This document shows positions 1 to 6,381 of a stretch of DNA of 8,001 nt, piece by piece. This DNA is from a virus (taxonomy: Duplodnaviria > Heunggongvirae > Uroviricota > Caudoviricetes), in IMG/VR virus record IMGVR_UViG_2698536408_000011, one strand, 5' to 3'. The position numbers were made by a program, and so were the translations under genes. Under the pieces are notes generated by a model. The model saw only the letters and a program-made list of their open reading frames with translations. It had not been told where the DNA came from and searched no databases. How positions within the stretch are numbered: the stretch's first letter is position 1; each line of letters starts with the position of its first letter.

Positions 1-794
<794 letters not shown>

Positions 795-821
795 ATATGT
801 ATTTTCTCTGTTAAGCGTGAG

Positions 822-874
822 CTACGTGAAAAATAATTTTTGGTGTGGGTATTAACTTTGCTTTATTCACGTAG
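822..874. repeat. Inverted repeat, perfect 9-bp arms (CTACGTGAA / TTCACGTAG) with 35-bp AT-rich spacer, just downstream of the tape measure stop codon
   Basis: Read directly: 822-830 against the reverse complement of 866-874. Confidence 0.6.
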
Positions 875-886
875 AACACCGTTAAA

Positions 887-3067
887 TCATTCTTCCTCTG
901 GATAGCTTGAACTTAAGAGCATATCCTGCGTGAACTGGTCATTAGCTGATTGATTGAAAGTAAAGAAAGATGGTTCATCTGGTCGAACGACAACTTGACC
1001 ACCAAGTGAAACTTTCACTGGCTCCTGAATACGCTTACTCAAAGCACTAATTTCATCCCTCAGACCCTGAATATCTGCACTCGTTAATGCTGAATCTTGC
1101 TTAATGTTGTTTAACTCTGGATGATTGAATCTTGCAATATTCATTGTGGCATTGTTAAACAATTCACCCATTGAACTAAAAATTCTACTCCATCCTTCGT
1201 TAATCATATTCGGTTTATTAGGGTCACCAGAATACACGGGATTAAAGTCACTACCCACACCTACCCCAGACGGATGCATATTAGCGTTTTTGACTACTTC
1301 CTGATTCATAAAATCCAGTGCTTTCTTCAATGCATATAAACCAAGAGTGACGCCTCTGATTTGTGGAATCATTGAAGCTAATGCTAACGCTGTTTCATAA
1401 CCGTCATCAGCATAACCAATTGCAAGAGCACTACCTACACCACCAGCTACACCTTTCAGTTTTCCACCACCTTTACCAGTAGCTACCTGACCAGCCACCT
1501 GATTAGCTCTTGTACCTAACGTTGTGATTGCTCTTGTCAGGTTCATAACCCCTGTAGTAGCACTGAATAGCGTCTTTGCAGATAACGCTATAGCAAGACC
1601 TTTGACGAAGTTGATAAAACCATCACCGACTTCATCAAGTAGTTTTCGTTTAGTGTCATCAAGGCTGTAATAGAACTTCTTAGTCTGTAAAATCCAGCCT
1701 TCAATGGTGTTATTGAATACGCGAATATCATCTACACCAGCTTTAAGCATGTCGATAAGTCCACCGATAGCATCACCAGCGATAGAAGAACTCATCCCCA
1801 TTTCACTAAGCAGGTTACTCAGGCTGGATAAGAAGCCGTTTAGCTCATCCTGTGAACCTGAGAAGATTTTCACCATCGTATCATCCCAATTGTTTGCTAA
1901 CTTACCTAAAGCTGTCTGAGTGCTCTTAGTGACTTCAGCCCAGCCACCCGCTTTATCAATCATCAAGCCCATCTGTTTAGCGACTTTAGGGAGAGTATCA
2001 GCGGAAAGTACCTTCCCGTTTTTCATGGCTGCATCAAGCTCTGTAGCAGTCATACCCAATGCTTCAGCGAATAGCTTAAATGCACCAGCCATACGGTCAC
2101 CTAACTGCCCACGTAATTCCTCAGCCTGAATCTTGCCCTTGCTCGCCATCTGCTCAAATGCTCTCAAAATGCCGTTTAGCTCATCGTTAGAAAGCCCCAT
2201 TAAGCGACTCATAGCCGTTGCATTACCAAATAGCTCCTGTGTCTGTTCCTGTGACATAGAACCCTGAGCACCTGCTGCAAACTTAGCGTAGCTTGATAGC
2301 CCTTCAGAGATATTAAGACCTGTCTTGTCTGCTAAATTTCGAATAAATACCTCAGCTTCAGATGCTTTATCACCAAGTACAAACTTAGCGGCTCTCTGTG
2401 CGGAATCTCGTTTAAGACCTGCATTCATAATGGCCTTGTAAGCGTTAAGAGCACCCATCACAGAGTAAAATGCACCAGATAATTTAATCGCATTGCTTGC
2501 AAGATTATTAAATGCGTCGCTTGTATTGTTAATGCTGGCGGTCTTTGTCTGTGACCTGAGTTTATTCAACGTTTCACGAAGAGATTGATTTAATTTTGCA
2601 AGTTCAGCGTTAAACTTTTCACTTCCAATATTACCAGCCTTACCGCTTAAGCTGTAATACTGTGCTTTAAACATTTTAGCCATCAGCGGATTAATATCAC
2701 CAAGCTTAGACATATTCACGCTATGCGCTGCTGTGATTGCTCTGTTTCCGCTAATTCGTGGTTGCCTTGATTGTTTTGGAGGATTAACAGTGTCATTAAA
2801 TCTGGTGGCAAACTGAAATGCTTTTGTGCTTCTTGCTCTCTGCTCAATCTTGTCAAAGGTCTTATTAAACTTCCTTTCAAGCTGCCCTAAAGAACTTGTC
2901 AGATTGCTGTCAAGTTGCTTGGTATCGACCTTAAACGCTCTATTCAAATTGCGTTCAATTCTTTGTGCTGACTGCAAAGCTGCCTTTTCAACTCTTTGCA
3001 AGCCCTTAATAACGTTTTCACTGAAACTAAGTTCAACGATAAAACTATCAACTGTGAATTTGCTCAT
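887..3067 (-). CDS. Phage tail tape measure protein (726 aa)
   Basis: ATG at 3067..3065 follows AAGAGGTGA with 7-nt spacing. The N-terminal third is alpha-helical and coiled-coil-like. The central region (SRLMGLSNDELNGILRAFEQMASKGKIQAEELRGQLGDRMAGAFKLFAEALGMTATELDAAMKNGKVLSADTLPKV) matches the conserved tape-measure domain pattern (GK-x-x-x-EELR-x-QLG-x-R-x-x-GA). A Gly-rich hydrophobic stretch (GKGGGKLKGVAGGVGSALAIGYA) follows, as in lambda gpH-type proteins. Stop is TGA at 887-889. Confidence 0.85.
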   Translation of the reverse strand: MSKFTVDSFIVELSFSENVIKGLQRVEKAALQSAQRIERNLNRAFKVDTKQLDSNLTSSLGQLERKFNKTFDKIEQRARSTKAFQFATRFNDTVNPPKQSRQPRISGNRAITAAHSVNMSKLGDINPLMAKMFKAQYYSLSGKAGNIGSEKFNAELAKLNQSLRETLNKLRSQTKTASINNTSDAFNNLASNAIKLSGAFYSVMGALNAYKAIMNAGLKRDSAQRAAKFVLGDKASEAEVFIRNLADKTGLNISEGLSSYAKFAAGAQGSMSQEQTQELFGNATAMSRLMGLSNDELNGILRAFEQMASKGKIQAEELRGQLGDRMAGAFKLFAEALGMTATELDAAMKNGKVLSADTLPKVAKQMGLMIDKAGGWAEVTKSTQTALGKLANNWDDTMVKIFSGSQDELNGFLSSLSNLLSEMGMSSSIAGDAIGGLIDMLKAGVDDIRVFNNTIEGWILQTKKFYYSLDDTKRKLLDEVGDGFINFVKGLAIALSAKTLFSATTGVMNLTRAITTLGTRANQVAGQVATGKGGGKLKGVAGGVGSALAIGYADDGYETALALASMIPQIRGVTLGLYALKKALDFMNQEVVKNANMHPSGVGVGSDFNPVYSGDPNKPNMINEGWSRIFSSMGELFNNATMNIARFNHPELNNIKQDSALTSADIQGLRDEISALSKRIQEPVKVSLGGQVVVRPDEPSFFTFNQSANDQFTQDMLLSSSYPEEE

Positions 3068-3099
3068 TCATGTTTCACCTCTTTAAGTGTTCATATACG

Positions 3100-3140
3100 A
3101 AAAAGGGAAAGACTACCGATATCACTCGATAATCTCTCCC
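3100..3140 (-). terminator. Terminator-like hairpin on the minus-strand transcript between the 68-aa gene and the tape measure start
   Basis: Minus-strand RNA reads GGGAGAGA (rc of 3133-3140), a 20-nt loop, UCUUUCCC (rc of 3105-3112), then UUUUU (rc of 3100-3104). The stem is 8 bp with one G-U pair. The loop is long, so stability is uncertain and no folding energy was computed. Confidence 0.3.
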
Positions 3141-3165
3141 GTAGATTTTCACCCAACCAATCTTG

Positions 3166-3372
3166 TTACCTAACCAGATAATAATTACCATCTTCACCAA
3201 CAATCTGACAATCACTTGGTAATTTATCAAGACACCACTTAGCTATTTTCCTGATTCTATTCTTTTGCTTAGAGGAGGTGAATGATTTGATTCGTTTTGG
3301 TTTGTTGGGTTGTTCTTTCAATCGTTCACTAATTGCTTTAATAAGCTCATAGCGTTCTGTTAAATCAATCAT
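3166..3372 (-). CDS. Hypothetical small basic protein (68 aa)
   Basis: ATG at 3372..3370 follows AAGGTGGTGG. It lies 24 bp downstream of the 236-aa gene. The protein is Lys/Arg-rich (MIDLTERYELIKAISERLKEQPNKPKRIKSF...). I recognise no family. Confidence 0.6.
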   Translation of the reverse strand: MIDLTERYELIKAISERLKEQPNKPKRIKSFTSSKQKNRIRKIAKWCLDKLPSDCQIVGEDGNYYLVR

Positions 3373-3396
3373 TCACCACCACCTTTTAATTATTAA

Positions 3397-4107
3397 TTAA
3401 ATAGCCTTTGCATATTTGCTAGAAATCTTCGTAAGCTGCTCAATATCAGCCTGCATAGCAATCTTCTTAGCATCTTCATATTCTTTCACAAGCTCTTTCA
3501 TAGCCTGAAGCTCTCTTGAGAGATACAACTTAACATTATCAAGTTGCTTGTTACGTGATGCCAAGATGTTCTGTCTAGCAATTTCAGCGAGTTCTTCATC
3601 GCTCTTATTAGTCATGTAAATAAACTGACCAGCACCTCTTGATGCCTTAACCATCTTCACAATTCGATGTCCAGCAGGAAGACTACTAATCACGGCTGCG
3701 ACGTTTTCTTGAAAAGTACCAAAACCATCATTATCTTCGTATTGGTAATAGACAAATGGTTTCTGTGACAATTCATCCTGAATCTCAAATTCTGACGGCT
3801 CAATAGCTGATTGCATCAAGGTAACTTTGCTGTAAGCGTCATCTAATCTAAGGCGCTGTTCTTTCAGCAGTTGGTAATATTTCTTTTCAAGCTCAAGTAA
3901 TGCTTCACTCTTGCAAATATCAGGCATCTCTTGAGGCTCAGGAGACACAAAGATGGTTGTTTTTGGTGACATCTTTAGCGATTGCTCAAGCTCAATACGC
4001 TTGTCATGCTCTTTACGCTGAATAGTGATAGCTGGATGTTCAGTCTGTGGCGACCAGTCACTGAAGCTATCAATCACTTTGCCATTAATGTAAATATCAT
4101 TTGTCAT
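3397..4107 (-). CDS. Hypothetical protein (236 aa from the internal ATG; coiled-coil-rich, acidic)
   Basis: The ORF track starts at a GTG (4155) with no Shine-Dalgarno. The in-frame ATG at 4107..4105 follows GAAGAGGAAAAGCA (GAGG with 6-7 nt spacing) and is preferred. The protein begins MTNDIYINGKVIDSF.... I recognise no catalytic or nucleotide-binding motif. Confidence 0.6.
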   Translation of the reverse strand: MTNDIYINGKVIDSFSDWSPQTEHPAITIQRKEHDKRIELEQSLKMSPKTTIFVSPEPQEMPDICKSEALLELEKKYYQLLKEQRLRLDDAYSKVTLMQSAIEPSEFEIQDELSQKPFVYYQYEDNDGFGTFQENVAAVISSLPAGHRIVKMVKASRGAGQFIYMTNKSDEELAEIARQNILASRNKQLDNVKLYLSRELQAMKELVKEYEDAKKIAMQADIEQLTKISSKYAKAI

Positions 4108-4282
4108 TGCTTTTCCTCTTCTAAGCGGAAGTGTTTCAGTTTTTAAAAAGCACACCTGACAGCCTATCTAAACTTAGAAGAGACTTAAAAGGCGGTTTGC
4201 CAAGTATGCTTTTTAAAAGCTGAATAGCCCTAGATAATTTCTTATAAAGGGCCATTCATAAGGTGAAGAAATTAAAACATCT

Positions 4283-4304
4283 AAAGGATTCAAAAAGGAT
4301 TCAA
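4283..4304. repeat. Tandem direct repeat, 2 x 11 bp (AAAGGATTCAA), in the long intergenic region
   Basis: Read directly at 4283-4293 and 4294-4304. Confidence 0.6.
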
Positions 4305-4330
4305 ACGAATGAACAAGAGTACTTTTCGAG

Positions 4331-4360
4331 ATGACCTCTCAGACTAACCTGAAAGGTCAT
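4331..4360. repeat. Strong inverted repeat / hairpin: 12-bp arms (11/12 match) ATGACCTCTCAG - ACTAAC - CTGAAAGGTCAT
   Basis: Read directly. There is no adjacent U/T tract on either strand, so it is not a canonical intrinsic terminator; an operator or RNA processing/stability element is more likely. Confidence 0.55.
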
Positions 4361-4427
4361 GTAGCGAAAAGCATTGCACCTTTCAGAATAACTATCATTG
4401 ATGTAGAATGATTAATAGTTTAATTCA

Positions 4428-4444
4428 GGAAGAGTTGCTCTTCC
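4428..4444. repeat. Perfect 7-bp inverted repeat with 3-nt loop (GGAAGAG TTG CTCTTCC), ~60 nt downstream of the micro-ORF stop
   Basis: Read directly. No U-tract follows on either strand. Confidence 0.55.
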
Positions 4445-4505
4445 CTATTACCATCATCTCATGCTTAAGGTTATTTGTCAACAGCTTTTTAACAGATTGG
4501 TAACA

Positions 4506-4583
4506 TCAATTCTTATTTACCGTATTACCTACCCAGCAACCAACAAATAACCCTAAAGTCATCCAGAGAATAACGAGTGTCAT
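4506..4583 (-). CDS. Putative 25-aa hydrophobic micro-protein (MTLVILWMTLGLFVGCWVGNTVNKN), translationally coupled to the 101-aa gene
   Basis: Its ATG (4583..4581) overlaps the TAA stop of the upstream gene as TAATG. It has a single membrane-helix-like hydrophobic stretch. It is too short for the ORF track, and a ribosome-binding site would sit inside the upstream coding sequence. Confidence 0.3.
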   Translation of the reverse strand: MTLVILWMTLGLFVGCWVGNTVNKN

Positions 4584-4888
4584 TACATCACCTCGCTGTA
4601 AGGGTTTAATTCATTCTGATAGGTCAAGAATACATTCAGCTTCAATAATTGCTCAGGGCTTAAATCAAGTCGATTGCACTCTTCAATGATAAAGCGCTTA
4701 TTGTATGGGTCTGTTACTTCCAGCTTGTGAACATAGTCACCAAGTTTAATTTCGTTGATTATATGCTTGTCAATATACGTTGACGCTTCAAAACAATGCA
4801 TGAAATAGATATTAAAGCCCGACCTGTTCAGGTCAATCAACCAATTCATGGTTTCTTGGTCAACCATAATTTGCATTGGGTAATTCAT
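4583..4888 (-). CDS. Hypothetical protein (101 aa)
   Basis: ATG at 4888..4886 follows CAGGAAGGA with 8-nt spacing. The protein begins MNYPMQIMVDQETMNWLIDLNRSGF.... I recognise no family. Confidence 0.6.
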   Translation of the reverse strand: MNYPMQIMVDQETMNWLIDLNRSGFNIYFMHCFEASTYIDKHIINEIKLGDYVHKLEVTDPYNKRFIIEECNRLDLSPEQLLKLNVFLTYQNELNPYSEVM

Positions 4889-5034
4889 TTTTAAAATCCT
4901 TCCTGTATCGCATTCTAAGACGTTTTAACCCCTTTTTTAGACCACTTAAGGCGATTCCCTAAGTTACCCTGATTAGGGGCTTAAAAACGTTTCTGGTGCG
5001 TCTGGTAAAGCCTGAGAGATATGTTTTGCTGTTT

Positions 5035-5250
5035 TTAGCTCAAGTCTGAGACTAATAGCCCCATCTGGTGACCGTAGTCTTTTAACCAGCTTTGCTTAAC
5101 CGGAGTCTTCAGAGAATAGTTAGGGGCTGACAAGTGAAGATAGATATCATCTTTGCCGTGGATACTTCCCCATCCTTCGTATAACTCAAGCAAGTTTTCA
5201 AAATAACGAAATGCTTTATTAGTCTGAAGTTGTACTGTGATAGTTTTCAT
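5035..5250 (-). CDS. Hypothetical small protein (71 aa from ATG 5250; alternative ATG at 5262 gives 75 aa)
   Basis: Third gene of a coupled trio. The ATG at 5250..5248 overlaps the TGA stop of the upstream gene as TGATG. The protein begins MKTITVQLQTNKAFRYFENLLELYEGWGS.... No family recognised. Confidence 0.55.
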   Translation of the reverse strand: MKTITVQLQTNKAFRYFENLLELYEGWGSIHGKDDIYLHLSAPNYSLKTPVKQSWLKDYGHQMGLLVSDLS

Positions 5251-5471
5251 CAAGCACCCCATTCAGAAATAAGCTTAATTCCCTGCTCAAGCTGTTCAGG
5301 GTCGTTATAGTCGAGTATTACCAGTGGCTTTAATTCGTGTTTAAGCTGGTGGATTTGAGAGGGTTTTAATCGTTTGTTTGCTTTGAGGGTCACATCTTCA
5401 AATTCAGCATCTGCTAAATTCTGTCTGATTAGGTGGCGGCCAAGTGTGGAATATTGGAACCTATAACACAT
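5250..5471 (-). CDS. Hypothetical small protein (73 aa)
   Basis: The ATG at 5471..5469 overlaps the TAA stop of the 96-aa gene as TAATG and follows GGAGG. The protein begins MCYRFQYSTLGRHLIRQNLADAEF.... No family recognised. Confidence 0.6.
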   Translation of the reverse strand: MCYRFQYSTLGRHLIRQNLADAEFEDVTLKANKRLKPSQIHQLKHELKPLVILDYNDPEQLEQGIKLISEWGA

Positions 5472-5761
5472 TAAACCTCCAATCTATCCGCCAGTTGATG
5501 GACCTTAGCGCTTAACACCTGAATCATTGAGCAACCTGCTACTGCGGACTGTGCTTTGAGTAGTTCCAGTTGGCCCGTTGTGATTCTGATGGCCTTAGAA
5601 CCCTCTGCGACGCCCTTAACGTTATCGAAAGGGCTAAGGTTTACCGACTCTTTTAAAATCTCCCCAACAAGCGCTGTGTGCTTCATATCGGGATATTTGG
5701 CTTTGATTGCTGCCAGTCGTTCAAATGCCTCTGGCAAAAGGCGCGTAACTGTGTGAGTCAT
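5471..5761 (-). CDS. Hypothetical small protein (96 aa), first gene of the coupled trio; possible small DNA-binding regulator
   Basis: The ATG at 5761..5759 follows AAGGAG with 9-nt spacing; the longer ORF from ATG 5791 has no Shine-Dalgarno. The two halves (TVTRLLPEAFERLAAIKAKY... and AIRITTGQLELLKAQSAVAG...) each resemble a strand-helix-helix unit, loosely like ribbon-helix-helix regulators. This is weak and not diagnostic. Confidence 0.55.
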   Translation of the reverse strand: MTHTVTRLLPEAFERLAAIKAKYPDMKHTALVGEILKESVNLSPFDNVKGVAEGSKAIRITTGQLELLKAQSAVAGCSMIQVLSAKVHQLADRLEV

Positions 5762-5797
5762 TGTAAAAATCTCCTTAAATCTCTTACTCATACTACA

Positions 5798-5848
5798 ATC
5801 TTAACATCTATTTAACATATTGTCAGTACCTCATTTACATGATACTAT
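5798..5848. promoter_or_regulatory. Candidate divergent sigma70-type promoters with overlapping -35 hexamers
   Basis: Plus strand: TTGTCA (5820-5825), 17 bp, TACTAT (5843-5848), pointing at the plus-strand small ORF (ATG 5899). Minus strand: CTGACA (rc of 5821-5826), 17 bp, TAAGAT (rc of 5798-5803), pointing at the 96-aa operon (ATG 5761). Hexamer matching by eye only. Confidence 0.35.
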
Positions 5849-5898
5849 GGTTGTAGGGGCTGATACAGGTGCTGTTTCCTTTCACAAAAGGAAAATTA

Positions 5899-6075
5899 AT
5901 GCATGATTTTTTCACAGCAATTATTGAATCTCATCGTTTTAGCTCGTTGGGCTTTGCGGTATTTATTGTGCTATTGGTGTTTTGCGTTATGAATCGAGTC
6001 ATTACAAAAAAGACAAAGCTTACAATTCGACTTAAACTTCTTCGTGTTGAGATAGAGATTTCAGTAAATAAATAG
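5899..6075 (+). CDS. Putative small membrane protein (58 aa; one hydrophobic helix then a basic C-terminus); the only credible plus-strand gene
   Basis: ATG at 5899 follows AAAAGGAAA with ~6-nt spacing (the ORF track starts at an upstream GTG, 5869). The protein is MHDFFTAIIESHRFSSLGFAVFIVLLVFCVMNRVITKKTKLTIRLKLLRVEIEISVNK. It lies in an otherwise non-coding gap and does not overlap any minus-strand gene. It converges on the 98-aa gene with only 9 bp between stop codons. Confidence 0.45.
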   Translation: MHDFFTAIIESHRFSSLGFAVFIVLLVFCVMNRVITKKTKLTIRLKLLRVEIEISVNK

Positions 6076-6084
6076 CTGGTGGCC

Positions 6085-6381
6085 TTACCGGCACTTTCCC
6101 TTGATAATATTGGTGGCCCTCAGATTACCGGGGTCACCGTCTTTTAATCGTAGCTGGTGGACTGAATCCCATAAATCGTAATGATACAGCACCGCAAACT
6201 TCAAAGCGTCAATCTTTAAATCTGTCACATCATCGACGAAATAATAATCCCTCCCTTCTTTCTTCGGTCGAATCCGGTAAACTTCCCCGTGAGTATCTTT
6301 CATCAAGTAACCTTCACGAGAAATGCTGTAACGTCTGAGTAAATAGTCACGGTATTTTCTCTCGCCATTATAAGTTTTCAT
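6085..6381 (-). CDS. Hypothetical protein (98 aa), translationally coupled to the replication initiator gene
   Basis: The ATG at 6381..6379 overlaps the TAA stop of the upstream gene as TAATG and follows GGAGGAATG. The protein begins MKTYNGERKYRDYLLRRYSISREGY.... No family recognised. It sits where a helicase loader would be in lambdoid phages but is far too small. Confidence 0.6.
   Translation of the reverse strand: MKTYNGERKYRDYLLRRYSISREGYLMKDTHGEVYRIRPKKEGRDYYFVDDVTDLKIDALKFAVLYHYDLWDSVHQLRLKDGDPGNLRATNIIKGKCR

Noticed and set aside
1704-3181. Four plus-strand ORFs from the six-frame track (1704-1919, 1920-2129, 2826-3086, 2996-3181)
   Set aside because: They lie antisense inside or across the start of the tape measure gene, have no ribosome-binding sites, and translate to low-complexity Ser/Leu/Ala-rich sequence typical of the antisense frame of a real gene.
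3166-4107. Classical tail assembly chaperone pair with programmed -1 frameshift upstream of the tape measure gene
   Set aside because: The two upstream genes are separated by 24 bp with an independent ribosome-binding site, do not overlap in alternative frames, and contain no XXXYYYZ slippery heptamer at their junction.
4108-4155. Upstream GTG start (4155) for the 236-aa gene, TTG start (7391) for the initiator, and ATG 5791 for the 96-aa gene, as implied by longest-ORF calls
   Set aside because: None has a Shine-Dalgarno sequence, whereas in-frame ATGs at 4107, 7334 and 5761 each follow a strong one at proper spacing. The 7335-7391 stretch also carries operator-like TGACCA repeats, consistent with a 5' UTR.
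4283-4304. Possible tRNA 3' fragment or att core suggested by the T-loop-like GGATTCAAA repeated twice
   Set aside because: No acceptor or T-stem complementarity can be built on either strand, so it is a simple 11-bp tandem duplication. It is also far too short to be a type III toxin-antitoxin RNA repeat array, and no toxin-like gene follows.
5556-5756. 66-aa plus-strand ORF
   Set aside because: Entirely antisense to the 96-aa gene, with no ribosome-binding site; the minus-strand gene has the better start context and operon coupling.
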